Shown here: one piece after another, positions 1 through 10,200 of the stretch
Layout: the number at the start of each line of letters is the position of its first letter
How positions within the stretch are numbered: the first letter of the stretch is position 1
Assembly (NCBI GenBank): GCA_965248835.1
Contig: CBDFLJ010000001.1
Coordinates: 544,001 to 608,000, forward strand
Direction: 5' to 3'
Source of the DNA: Alphaproteobacteria bacterium
GTDB taxonomy: Bacteria; Pseudomonadota; Alphaproteobacteria; MPNO01
DNA: 64,000 nucleotides
Program-made: the position numbers and the translations under genes
The notes under the pieces: model-generated
What the model was told of the DNA's origin: nothing
The model's database searches: none
Seen by the model: only the letters and a program-made list of their open reading frames with translations

Positions 1-1
1 G

Positions 2-721
2 CGGCTGCAGCTCAACGAGCCCGACGAGGAAGGGGCCCAGTCGGTCCGCTTCGCGATCAGCGACTCCAGGGGCGCGGTGCTCGCCGAGGGCGTGATCGGC
101 AAGCAGAACCCCAACCTGTTCGGCGAAAGCGGCGGCGGCACCTATCTGCGGCGCGGCAAGCAGGCCCAGACCTGGCTTGCCGAGGGCGAGGTGGCGCTGG
201 GCAAGACCCGCAACGACTGGCTGGTCCGCGACATCGTCGACATCGACGCCGAGTCCATCCGCCGCGCCGTGATCCGCCAGCCCGACGGCGCGGAGATCAC
301 CGTGCGCAAGGACAAGGAAAAGGACGGCAAGTTCACGCTGGAGGGCATCCCCAAAGGCCGCAAGCTCAAGGATTCCGGCGAGGCGAAGAACCTCGCCGGC
401 GGCCTGTGGCGGCTGACCTTGGAAGACGTCAAGCCGGCCAAGGACATCGCCTTCCCGCCCAAATTCAACACCGCCGAGTACGAGACCTTCGACGGGCTGA
501 AGGTCCGGGTCGAGATGACCATGGTGGACGACGTCGTCTGGGGCCGCTTCAGTGCCTCGGCGGAAGGCGCCACCGGCGATAAGGCCGGCGAGGTCAGGAA
601 AAAGGCAGACGAGATAAACGGCCGCGCGACGGGCTGGATCTACGAGCTGTCGGCCGGCGAGGGCGAGAAGCTCACCACCAAGATCGAGGACATCCTCGAG
701 AAGCCGGCCAAGAACTCCTGA
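2..721 (+). CDS. DUF4340-type exported protein, C-terminal part (runs off the window start)
   Basis: Frame is open from base 2 (RLQLNEPDEEGAQSVRFAISDSRGAVLAEGVIGK...GGTYLRR...W); this pattern resembles DUF4340 proteins found beside GldG-type ABC systems. Confidence 0.6.
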   Translation, partial: RLQLNEPDEEGAQSVRFAISDSRGAVLAEGVIGKQNPNLFGESGGGTYLRRGKQAQTWLAEGEVALGKTRNDWLVRDIVDIDAESIRRAVIRQPDGAEITVRKDKEKDGKFTLEGIPKGRKLKDSGEAKNLAGGLWRLTLEDVKPAKDIAFPPKFNTAEYETFDGLKVRVEMTMVDDVVWGRFSASAEGATGDKAGEVRKKADEINGRATGWIYELSAGEGEKLTTKIEDILEKPAKNS

Positions 722-733
722 GGCCGGCGTCCA

Positions 734-1807
734 ATGCGTGTCCTGCTGCTGCGGCCGACCGACCTCCAGGGCCTCCTCAGCATGGAAGATGCGATCGACG
801 TGATCGAGCAGGGCTATGCCGAGGCGGCGGCGTATCCGGTGATCAACGCCCCGCGCCGGCGGGTACACTCGCCCGACGGCGTTCGGGTCAGCAACTTCCC
901 CGGCGGCGTGCACGGGCTGGGGGTGATCGGCGCCCAGACCAGGGCCGAGCGGGTCGTGCAGACCGAGACCAACCAGAGCTATTCGTTTCGCGGCCCGCCG
1001 GTCCACGTGCTCAGCAGCTCGGCCACCGGCGAGCTGCTGGCCATCCTGATCGGCGAGATCGACGAGAAGACGCTCGGGCCGACCAGCCTGATGGCCTTTC
1101 GCACCGCCGCGGCGAGCGGCGTCGGCTTCCGGCACCTGGCGCGCACCGACGCGCGGACCTGCGGGCTGTTCGGCTCCGGCGGGCAGGCCGCGAACCAGCT
1201 TCTGGCGCTGATCACCACCCGGCCGATCGAGCGCGTCAGGCTGTACAGCCGCGACCCCGACAACCGCCAACGCTTCGCCGCAACCTATGGGCCGCGCTTC
1301 GGCGTGGAGATCGAGCCGGTCGACACGCCGCGCGCGGCGGTCGACGGCGCGGACGTGATCATCGGGGCGACCAACACCAACGTGCCGCTGTTCGACGGCG
1401 AATGGCTGGTCCCCGGCCAGCACGTCACCGGGATCATCGGCTCCAACATCCAGCTCGTCCAGGGCGGCTTCCTGAAGCGCCGGCGCCGCGAGATCGACGA
1501 CAGGACCGCCGAACGGGCCGATGTCGTGGTCGCCAACCTGCGCGATTCGGTGCTGTCGGAGCAGCAGGGCGATCTGTTCGAGCCGATCGAGCGCGGCCTG
1601 ATCGCGGCCGAGGACATCATCGATCTCGGCGATGTCGCCCGCGGCGCGGTGCCGGGGCGGACATCGGCCGAGCAGATCACCTATCACAAGAACAACAACG
1701 GCACCGGGGCCTCGGAGCTCGGCCTTGCCATGCGCGCCTACACGCTCGCCAGGCAAGCCGGCCGGGGCATCGAGATCGACCTCGATCCAGCGCCCGATCC
1801 CGCGTGA
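734..1807 (+). CDS. Ornithine cyclodeaminase/mu-crystallin family protein
   Basis: RTAAASG motif, Rossmann GSGGQA, ADVIIGATN, PGQHVTGI, GRTSAEQIT. Confidence 0.85.
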   Translation: MRVLLLRPTDLQGLLSMEDAIDVIEQGYAEAAAYPVINAPRRRVHSPDGVRVSNFPGGVHGLGVIGAQTRAERVVQTETNQSYSFRGPPVHVLSSSATGELLAILIGEIDEKTLGPTSLMAFRTAAASGVGFRHLARTDARTCGLFGSGGQAANQLLALITTRPIERVRLYSRDPDNRQRFAATYGPRFGVEIEPVDTPRAAVDGADVIIGATNTNVPLFDGEWLVPGQHVTGIIGSNIQLVQGGFLKRRRREIDDRTAERADVVVANLRDSVLSEQQGDLFEPIERGLIAAEDIIDLGDVARGAVPGRTSAEQITYHKNNNGTGASELGLAMRAYTLARQAGRGIEIDLDPAPDPA

Positions 1808-1817
1808 TCGGGCGCCC

Positions 1818-2558
1818 ATGCTCGATGCGCTCGATTTCACGACAGCCCAATATGCGGCGATCGCGGCGATCGCGCTGCTCGGCGGGCTGGTGCGCGGCTT
1901 CGGCGGCTTCGGCAGCGCGCTGGTCGTTACCCCGGTCCTGAGCATCGTCGTCGGGGCGCGCGCGGCCGTGCCGGCGGTGATGATCGTCCTGCTGGTTACC
2001 ACGCTGCAGCTCATCCCCAGCACCTGGCCGCATGTGCGCTGGCGCCAGCAATGGGCGTTGTCGATCGCCGGCTGCGTCGGCGTGCCGTTGGGCGGTATGG
2101 TCCTGCTGGCGCTCGACCCGGAGGTGCTGCGCCGCGCGATCTCGGCAACCACCGCGGCCTCGGCCCTGCTCCTGATGTCCGGCTGGCGCTATTCCGGCAG
2201 CTATTCCAATCCGGCCGCGGCCGCGGCCGGCGGGCTCGGCGGTTTCATCTCCGGCGCCGGGTCGGTCGGCGGCCCGCCGGTCGTCGCCTATCTGCTTGCC
2301 GGGCCGGGCAGCGCGGCCGAGGTGCGCGCGGACATCGTGTACTATTTCGTGTTCACCCAGGTCGTGAGCCTGGTCTTCTATGGCGTGAGCGGCCTGCTCG
2401 GGCTGGAGGTGATGGTGGCCGCGCTGCTGATCGCGCCGACCCTGCTGATCGGGACCTGGATCGGCACGAAGCTGTTCGTGCTGGCAAGCGAGATGATCTT
2501 CCGCCGGTTCGCCTTGGTCCTGCTCCTGGTGATCGGCGTCGTAACGTTGGCGATCTGA
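1818..2558 (+). CDS. TauE/SafE family membrane protein (sulfite exporter-like)
   Basis: GLVRGFGGFGSAL and GGPP motifs with about 8 hydrophobic segments; ATG at 1818 (the longer ORF upstream overlaps the previous gene). Confidence 0.85.
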   Translation: MLDALDFTTAQYAAIAAIALLGGLVRGFGGFGSALVVTPVLSIVVGARAAVPAVMIVLLVTTLQLIPSTWPHVRWRQQWALSIAGCVGVPLGGMVLLALDPEVLRRAISATTAASALLLMSGWRYSGSYSNPAAAAAGGLGGFISGAGSVGGPPVVAYLLAGPGSAAEVRADIVYYFVFTQVVSLVFYGVSGLLGLEVMVAALLIAPTLLIGTWIGTKLFVLASEMIFRRFALVLLLVIGVVTLAI

Positions 2559-2574
2559 AGCTCGGGCCGGTCCT

Positions 2575-3342
2575 TCAGACTTCTTCCTGCTCCGACATCG
2601 ACACGCCGGGCGGCAGGTCGAACAGGCCGTCGGGCAAGCCCTCGATATACGCGATCGCCTCCTCGGTGCCGATCACATCGGCATATTTGGCGTGCATGTC
2701 GCACAGGTTGATTGCGTGGCTCGCTTCGGAGCGGTCGAAGCAGCCCTCCTCGACCAGTGTGGTGCGGAAGTTCTCGCTGAACGCATCGAGGACCGAGGCG
2801 CGCACGCAGCCGCTGGTGGTGGTCCCGACCATCAGGATGGAATCGGCCTTGAGGTTGGTCAGGAACGAGGACAGCGGGGTGCCGTGGAACGCGCTGGGCT
2901 TGAGCTTCTCGATCACGATGTCCTGTGGGCCGGGCGCGATGACGTGGTTGATCGCGTTGCCGTCGAGGTTGGTGTTGCGCCGATCATCGTGCGAGCGCCA
3001 TTCGCCGGTGCGCTTGTTCTTCCAGGCCCAGGACCCGCGGTCCCAGCCGTCGGCGCGCATCGAGGCGGTGGTGTAGATCACCGGGATCCCCTTGGCGCGT
3101 CCGGCATCGATCAGCCGCTTGATGTAGGTCATCGATTCCCACGCCTCTTCGCCGCAGGAGTTCGGCCAGGTCTTGACCGATTCCAGGATCGGCTCGGGCC
3201 TGTCGCCGGTGAAGTTGTAGTTGACGTCGATGACCACGATCACTGGCCGGTCGCCGAACCCGGCGCGCTCGCCATAGCCCGCGGCCTCGAAGACCGCCTT
3301 GTCGCGCTCGGTGAGAAACTTGTTCCAGACCGGTTCCTTCAT
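2575..3342 (-). CDS. Isochorismatase-family cysteine hydrolase (NicF/N-carbamoylsarcosine amidase-like)
   Basis: VVIDVN (Asp), EKLKPSAFHGT (Lys), GTTTSGCVRAS (Cys), C-terminal NLCDMHAKYADV. Confidence 0.9.
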   Translation of the reverse strand: MKEPVWNKFLTERDKAVFEAAGYGERAGFGDRPVIVVIDVNYNFTGDRPEPILESVKTWPNSCGEEAWESMTYIKRLIDAGRAKGIPVIYTTASMRADGWDRGSWAWKNKRTGEWRSHDDRRNTNLDGNAINHVIAPGPQDIVIEKLKPSAFHGTPLSSFLTNLKADSILMVGTTTSGCVRASVLDAFSENFRTTLVEEGCFDRSEASHAINLCDMHAKYADVIGTEEAIAYIEGLPDGLFDLPPGVSMSEQEEV

Positions 3343-3458
3343 CGTCTTGCCTCCGGGGGCGAGGTTGCGTCATCATGTCCGGCGAAAACCCTAAGCCCCC
3401 GCGGGGCGGCGCGCAACTGCCCGAGAGCGCCGCGGGGCGCCGGCGGAGGAACCGCGAA

Positions 3459-3887
3459 ATGAAGATCGACAGCCTCAACCACATCAACATCCGCACGATG
3501 CAGATGGAGGAGACCAAGGACTGGTACTGCGACGTGCTCGGCCTCGAAATCGGCTTCCGTCCGCCGTTCGACGAGCACGGCTATTGGCTGTATGCCGGTG
3601 ACGTGGCGATCGTCCACCTGTCCTACAGCGAGGACGGCAAGCCGCGGCGCACCGTGGCGGAGGCGATGGGCGAGGGGCTCGATCACATCGGGCTGTTCTG
3701 CACCGGCTATCACGACATGCTGGCGCGGCTCGAACGGTTGTCGATCGAGCGCGACAAGCGCCTGGTCGGCGGCGGCAAGATCGCCCAGGTCTTCCTATAC
3801 GATCCCAACGGAGTCCTGGTCGAGCTCGGCTACGACGTGGAGTCCGAAGGCATCGACATCAGAACCTTCGAGAAGGTCCCGGCTTAG
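3459..3887 (+). CDS. VOC/glyoxalase family protein
   Basis: LNHINIRT, LDHIG, DPNGVLVEL; SD GGAGG before ATG 3459. Confidence 0.85.
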   Translation: MKIDSLNHINIRTMQMEETKDWYCDVLGLEIGFRPPFDEHGYWLYAGDVAIVHLSYSEDGKPRRTVAEAMGEGLDHIGLFCTGYHDMLARLERLSIERDKRLVGGGKIAQVFLYDPNGVLVELGYDVESEGIDIRTFEKVPA

Positions 3888-4027
3888 CCGGGCTTCAAAG
3901 AAACACTTACTGGGCCGCAGCGGACGAATTCCGCGATAAAGCACGCTGTGGTAACAGTGGGATTTTTAAATCGCGCTAAGGTAGCATTCCTGTTGAGTCA
4001 AGAATGATCTCGACCTGGGGAGTGGGA

Positions 4028-5527
4028 ATGATGTCGACGGACAACGCGGCGGCGGTATCGCGACGGACGAGCATGCCAGCGGCGGTGCACGGCAGAGCCA
4101 TCGGTTTCCCTGCCTTCGATCCCAGCTTCAAGCCGATGATCGCGTTGTGCGCCGTCGTTCTGGTCGTCACGGCCTGCAAGACGACCGGTTCAACGCCCGG
4201 GCCGGATTCCTACAACATGTTCTTTTCCCCGGCGGATCACCTCACCGAACTGACGGCGGCTGGCAAGATCGATGAGGCGGGCAAGGTCTATGAAGCCCAA
4301 CGGGAATACTTCACGCCGGATTCCAAGAAGCGGGCTGCGGTCGTCGGCGAATATTGGAACGCGCTGAGGGCTCGGCTCGACCCGCGAATCGACGCCGCAA
4401 GCCGGCGGCTCGGGACGCTTTCCTGGCCGGTCAGCGTGGATCGATGGGCTGAAGCGCGCGAGACACTTTCTGCGACCCGACAGGTCATCGAGGCTATCGA
4501 GGCGAACCTGATCGTCGCCGAAAAGCGGTTCCCGTTCCACGCCCTAAAGGATTTGAAGACGGCGTTGTCGGCAACCGAAACGACCATCCACGACGACGCT
4601 TCGACCCAATTGGCGAAATATGACCTGACCGGCAGCGCGGATTTCTTCGCGACCTATCCGGCCGCGGTGAACGCCCGATCGGTTTTTTCCACTGCAGCCG
4701 AGGCACTGGTTGACCGGTTCGCCGACGCCACGCGCGAAGACCTTGTGCGGATCCACGAGACCTATCGCCAAGCGCTGACCGAGTCGCTGAATCGGGCGCT
4801 CGGCAAGCGCTATTTCGACCTTGCCCGGGAAAACCGCGGCGGGACCGGGGGCAGGGACTTGAAAACCATCGTTTCGGCTGCCTTGGAGACCCGCGCAGCA
4901 GGGCTGCCGCTCGACCGGATCGACGGCGTCAAGCTCGGCATGATCGAGATTACCAGCGAGACGCTGTTGCGGGAGGGGCAGATCGACTATCCGATTTCGA
5001 TCGAGATCGATCTGCCGTTCGATGCGGAGAAGGCGGAGCTCGATGCCGCGTTCACCGGCGATCAGGCGCAGGCGGCCGACCATCTGTTTGTCGTCGATGT
5101 CGCGCTGGCCAAGGCCTCGCGGCGCGTTCTGGGGATCGACAAGACGCCGTCCACTATTCTGTCCCATTACCGGGAAGACCCGAACCCGCAATACAATCTC
5201 GTGCAGAACGAGGTGAACAATGCACGAATGACCGCCCAGCAATCCGCGTTCGCGACCACCGCAGCGGCCAACCAGTTCTGCCAAGGCATGGCCTGCATCG
5301 GCCGGCTCGTGGCTGTCTACGCCGCCAAGGCACGGCAGGACGAAGCCGAGGCGGCGCTGCAAGCCGCGATGACCAAGCTCGGGCAAACATCTCAGACGGT
5401 CAAGACGCCGGTCTTCCGCGACTATGCGTTCGATGTCGCAAATATAAAGACGAACAAGACCACGACCGTCAATTACTATATCATCGACCGCGTACGCAAA
5501 AATACTTCAAATCGACCTTCGATATAG
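4028..5527 (+). CDS. Putative lipoprotein; N-terminal part of a frameshifted trypsin-like protease gene
   Basis: SD GGGGAG before ATG 4028; hydrophobic stretch ending in lipobox VTA-C; reads into the protease frame after a -1 shift at the A-run 5498-5502. Confidence 0.65.
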   Translation: MMSTDNAAAVSRRTSMPAAVHGRAIGFPAFDPSFKPMIALCAVVLVVTACKTTGSTPGPDSYNMFFSPADHLTELTAAGKIDEAGKVYEAQREYFTPDSKKRAAVVGEYWNALRARLDPRIDAASRRLGTLSWPVSVDRWAEARETLSATRQVIEAIEANLIVAEKRFPFHALKDLKTALSATETTIHDDASTQLAKYDLTGSADFFATYPAAVNARSVFSTAAEALVDRFADATREDLVRIHETYRQALTESLNRALGKRYFDLARENRGGTGGRDLKTIVSAALETRAAGLPLDRIDGVKLGMIEITSETLLREGQIDYPISIEIDLPFDAEKAELDAAFTGDQAQAADHLFVVDVALAKASRRVLGIDKTPSTILSHYREDPNPQYNLVQNEVNNARMTAQQSAFATTAAANQFCQGMACIGRLVAVYAAKARQDEAEAALQAAMTKLGQTSQTVKTPVFRDYAFDVANIKTNKTTTVNYYIIDRVRKNTSNRPSI

Positions 5528-5547
5528 TCGAGGACAAGTCGTTCCGG

Positions 5548-6408
5548 GTGGCCTACAACGTCGACGATCGGGATCCGAAGAGAACCGAATACGTCGAGGG
5601 CAACGACAGCGAAACGGATGTCGACGAATGGGAACGGGCGCCCGCGACAGTGCCCCTGACGCGGCTTGCCCGGCACTATTTTGACAATGCCGATGGCGAA
5701 AAGCCGCTGCCCCGCCTGGCCGCCATTCGCCGCGAGATGCTGGCCGACAAGAACGTCGCCTTGGCCCGCTACCGGGCCGATCAGTTCAAAACCCGCCCGG
5801 TCGAAGATCCGCGCCTCAAACACGTTGTCGTGGTTTATACGTCAAAGAGCCTGGGCAGCGGCTTCTTCGTCAAGGCGGACATCGTGCTCACCAACTGGCA
5901 TGTTGTCGACAACCAGAAATTCATCGAGATGAAGATGCATGGCGGGCAGGAGACGTTCGGCAAGGTCATCGCGAAGGACGTGCGGCTCGACCTGGCTTTG
6001 GTCAGGGTTCAACAGAGGGGCGCTCCGGTTGCGCTATACGGTGAAAAAAAGCTGGAATTGGGACGAACGGTAGAGGCGATCGGCCATCCCAAGGGGCTCG
6101 AATTCTCCGTAACCCGCGGCGTGATAAGCGCGGTGCGCGAGCACCCGAGCATCAACTTGCCGCCCGGCGCCGGCAAGGCGGTGCTTTATCTGCAGACCGA
6201 TGCGCCGATTAATCGCGGAAATTCGGGCGGTCCGTTATTCCTCGGCGACAAGGTCGTTGGCGTGAATACATGGAAACAGCCCGACATCCAAGTGAGAGGC
6301 GGCCAGGCGGTAAACGTGGGTGAGGGATTGAACTTTTCCGTCCATTACTTCGAGGTCGAGAAATTTCTCAAGGATTACCTGACGAGTTACGGAACGGGAG
6401 CGTCGTGA
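5548..6408 (+). CDS. Trypsin-like serine protease domain (S1C/HtrA-like, no PDZ); probably the C-terminal part of the upstream gene
   Basis: Catalytic triad motifs TNWHVV, DLALV, LQTDAPINRGNSGGPL; frame is open back to at least 5500. Confidence 0.8.
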   Translation: MAYNVDDRDPKRTEYVEGNDSETDVDEWERAPATVPLTRLARHYFDNADGEKPLPRLAAIRREMLADKNVALARYRADQFKTRPVEDPRLKHVVVVYTSKSLGSGFFVKADIVLTNWHVVDNQKFIEMKMHGGQETFGKVIAKDVRLDLALVRVQQRGAPVALYGEKKLELGRTVEAIGHPKGLEFSVTRGVISAVREHPSINLPPGAGKAVLYLQTDAPINRGNSGGPLFLGDKVVGVNTWKQPDIQVRGGQAVNVGEGLNFSVHYFEVEKFLKDYLTSYGTGAS

Positions 6409-7154
6409 TGAGATCCAAGGCGACAGGTCTGATCTGGGCCGCCTCGGCGGCGGTGCTGATCGCCGGATGCGCGTCTCCGTCGCGGTTGGGGATGGTCCAG
6501 CAAGAGGGCACCGGTCTGCAATTCGGCTCGGCGGTCGAGAACAACATCGTCACCGACGCGTCGTTCTTTCCCAACAAGAAGATCAAGATCCGCACGCGCA
6601 ACACCTCCGGCGATCTCGCCTTTGGTCTGCGCCGCTTCGCGGCAAACCTGAGCGATGCCTTCGAATCCAAAGGGTATCAGCCGACCCGGGGCGACGATTT
6701 CGGCCTGTTGCTCGACGTCAACGTTTTGTACAGCGGCCAGGTCCAATCGAACCTTGCGAATGAATTCGCCTTTCTCGGCGGCGCCGGGGGCGGCTTGGCC
6801 GCGTCGGCCGCAAGCGGCGGCAGGTCGGTCCCGACGCTGGGCGGCATGATCGCGGGCGCAACGCTTGGGGCGATCATCGGAAGCTACGTCACCGATGACA
6901 CCTACATCATCGTTGCCGAGGTGACCGTCGGCGAGGTCAAGACGGTCATGAGATCGAAGAAGCGCATCACGTTCAGTCGGAGCGCCACGACTCGTCACGA
7001 GGCCGATGACTCCGAAGAGACGAACCGGCGTGGTCTGCGCAGTTCGGTCAGGAACAAAGTGGCGGTCTATGCCGGCGGTCGGAATGTGCCCCAGTCGCGC
7101 ATCGCCGACGAGGTGCGCCAGCGGATCATCCGCATCGTCAGCGACATCATTTAG
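6405..7154 (+). CDS. traT: TraT-like (complement resistance/surface exclusion) outer-membrane lipoprotein
   Basis: Lipobox IAG-C, RNTSGD motif, NVLYSG, glycine-zipper GGAGGGLAA...GATLGAIIG, DDTYIIVAEV; GTGA overlap with the protease stop. Confidence 0.7.
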   Translation: MMRSKATGLIWAASAAVLIAGCASPSRLGMVQQEGTGLQFGSAVENNIVTDASFFPNKKIKIRTRNTSGDLAFGLRRFAANLSDAFESKGYQPTRGDDFGLLLDVNVLYSGQVQSNLANEFAFLGGAGGGLAASAASGGRSVPTLGGMIAGATLGAIIGSYVTDDTYIIVAEVTVGEVKTVMRSKKRITFSRSATTRHEADDSEETNRRGLRSSVRNKVAVYAGGRNVPQSRIADEVRQRIIRIVSDII

Positions 7155-7205
7155 AGCAGACCTGTTTTTGATTGAGGCGCACTGGCCCGGAGCCCGCCCG
7201 CCCGC

Positions 7206-10200
7206 TCAATGAAAGTCCCGTGAGGGGTAGTGGCGCGCGGCGCGGGCGGCGGCGCCCGGGATTTTCTCGGCGCGGGCGTGCGGCGGGCTGATCGGAGCCT
7301 GCCCGGTGGCTAGTGCGCGCAGGCGCTCGGTGTGGTCCTCCAGGCGCCGGGCGATGACGTGGATGACGATCCCCTCGCGCTGCAGTTCGCCGGTGACCTG
7401 CAACAGCCGGGCAGCCATGACCTCGCGGCGGTAGCGCTCGAAGGTCTTCGGCCAGACCACCAGGTTGGCAATCCCGGTCTCGTCTTCCAGGGTGATGAAG
7501 ATCACGCCCGAGGCGGTGCCCGGGCGCTGGCGGACCAGCACGAGCCCGGCGACGGTGACCCGCGCCCCGTCGGCGAGCGCGGCCAGCCGTGCGGCAGGGA
7601 CCGCGCCGGCATCGGCGAACGCGATGCGCATCAGCGCCAGGGGGTGCTGCTTGAGCGATATCCGGACCGCGGCATAGTCCTCGGCGACCTCCTCGCCCAG
7701 GCTCATCACCGGCAGGGCGAAGGGCGCGTCGGCGCGGCCCTGTCCGGTTGTGGCGAACAGCGGCGGCGGGTCGGGCTCGAACGCGCGGACCGCCCACAAT
7801 GCCTGGCGCCGGGTTCGCCCGGTCGAGCCGAACGCATCGGCGCGCGCGAGCCTCTCCAGCGCCGCCACCGGTAGCGCGGCCCGGCGCCCGAGATCAGCCG
7901 GGTCGGCGAACGGGCGGGGGTGCGGCGCGCTGCGGGCGGCGGCCAGCGCTTTGGCGTGGTCCTGCGAAAACCCCTTGATCTGGCGCAGGCCCAGGCGCAG
8001 CGCCCGGCCACCGGCCCCGCCCGCATCGGTCTCCTCCAGCGTACAGTCCCAGTCCGAATGGTTGACGTCGACCGGGCGCACCGGCACGCCGTGCTCCCTG
8101 GCGTCGCGCACCAGCTGGGCCGGAGCATAAAAGCCCATCGGCTGGCTGTTGAGGATGGCAGCGGCGAAGATGTCGGGATGGTGGCACTTGAGCCAGGCCG
8201 AGACATAGACCAGGAGCGCGAAGCTGGCGGCGTGGGATTCCGGGAAGCCGTACTCGCCGAAGCCCTCGATCTGCTTGAAGCAGCGCTCGGCGAACGCGGC
8301 CTCATAACCGTTAGCGACCATGCCCTTGACCAGCTTTTCATGGAAGGTCTGGATGGTACCGACGCGGCGGAAGGTCGCCATCGCCCGACGCAGCCGGTCG
8401 GCCTCGGAAGGCGTGAACCCGGCCGCGACGATGGCGATCTTCATCGCCTGTTCCTGGAACAGCGGCACGCCGAGAGTCTTCGCGAGCACCGAGCGCAGCG
8501 CCTCGGTGGGGTAGTCGACCGCCTCCTCGCCGCGCCTGCGGCGCAGATAGGGGTGGACCATGTCGCCCTGGATCGGGCCGGGGCGGACAATCGCCACCTC
8601 GATGACCAGATCGTAGAAATTGCGCGGCCGAAGCCGCGGCAGCATGGTCATCTGGGCGCGGCTCTCGACCTGGAAGACGCCCACCGAATCGGCCTCGCAA
8701 AGCATGTCGTAGACCGCCGGATCCTCGGCCGGGATCCCGGCCAGATCGAGGTCGCGGCCATAATGGTCGCGCAGCAGGTCGAGCCCCTTGCGGATGCAGG
8801 TCAGCATGCCGAGCCCGAGCACGTCGATCTTGAGGATGCGCAGCGCATCCAGATCGTCCTTGTCCCACTCGATGGTGGTGCGATCCTTCATGGCCGCGTT
8901 GGCGATCGGCACCACCTCCGACAGCGGGCCGCGGGTGATCACGAAGCCGCCGACATGCTGGGACAGGTGGCGCGGGAAGCCGGTGAGCTCGCGGGTCAGC
9001 GCGATGGTCATCGCCAGCCGCTCGTCGTCGGGATCGAGCCCGACCTCGCGGATGTGGTCCTCGTTAACCCCGCCGGAGCGCCATCCCCAGACGGTGCCGG
9101 CGAGGGCCGCGATGGTATCGCCGCTCAGCCCCAACGCCTTGCCGACCTCGCGCACCGCGCTCCTGAAGCGGTAGTGGATGACAGTCGCGGCAAGCCCTGC
9201 GCGCTCGCGGCCGTATTTCTTGTAGATGTGCTGGATGACCTCCTCGCGCCGCTCGTGCTCGAAATCGATGTCGATGTCGGGCGGCTCGTTGCGCTCGGCG
9301 CTGACGAAGCGCTCGAACAGGAGGTCCACGCGGCTGGGATCGACCGCTGTGATGCCCAGGCAGTAGCAGACCGCGGAGTTGGCCGCCGACCCGCGTCCCT
9401 GGCACAGGATGGACTGGCTGCACGCGAAGCGGACGATGTCGTGGACGGTCAGGAAATAGGGCGCGTAGTCGAGATCGCCGATCAGGGCGAGCTCGTGGGC
9501 GAGCTGGCCGGCGACGCGTTCGGGAATACCGTCGGGATAGCGCCAGGCCGCCCCTTCCCAGGTCAGCCTTTCGAGCTCGCCCTGCGGCGTGGTGCCGGGC
9601 GGCGCCTCGTCGTCGGGGTATTCGTAGCGCAGCATGTCCAGGTTGAACGCGCAGGCCTCGACGATCTCCAGGCTGCGTGCGACGGCGTCTTCGTGGCCGC
9701 GGAACAGTCGGACCATCTCGCCGGCGGGCTTGAGGTGGCGCTCGGCGTTGGCGGCCAGCCGGTAGCCCGCCTGATCGATCGTGCAATGCTCGCGGATGCA
9801 GGTCAGCACGTCGGCCAGTCGGCGACGCGCGGGTGCGTGCGCATGCACGTCGTTGGTCGCCACCAGCGGGGCGTCCGCGCGCGCCGCGACCGCTGCCAGG
9901 TGGCCGATCCGCGCCCGGTCGTCGCCGCGATACAGATGGCTCGCCGCCAGGTGAACCGCCGGGCCGATACGCCGCCGGAGCGAGACCAGGTGGTCCTCGA
10001 AACCCGGATCGATCGATCCGTCGGGAGCAACCGGCGGCAGGACGATCAAGATCTGGCCGGTTGCATGCTCGAGCAGGTCGGCCAGCCCGATCTCGCAGCT
10101 TCCCTTGGGCGCGCGGCGGCGGCCGATGGTCAACAGCCGCGACAGCCGGCCATAGGCCGTCCGGTCGCGCGGCAGGCACAAAAGGGACGGCGCATCGCCG

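Noticed and set aside
3961-3980. Possible CtrA box or palindrome (GATTTTTAAATC; TTAA-N7-TAAG)
   Set aside because: The second half-site does not match TTAA, and the palindrome is too short to be significant
6405-7154. Conjugative element suggested by traT
   Set aside because: No other tra/trb genes, relaxase, integrase or att-like repeats were seen
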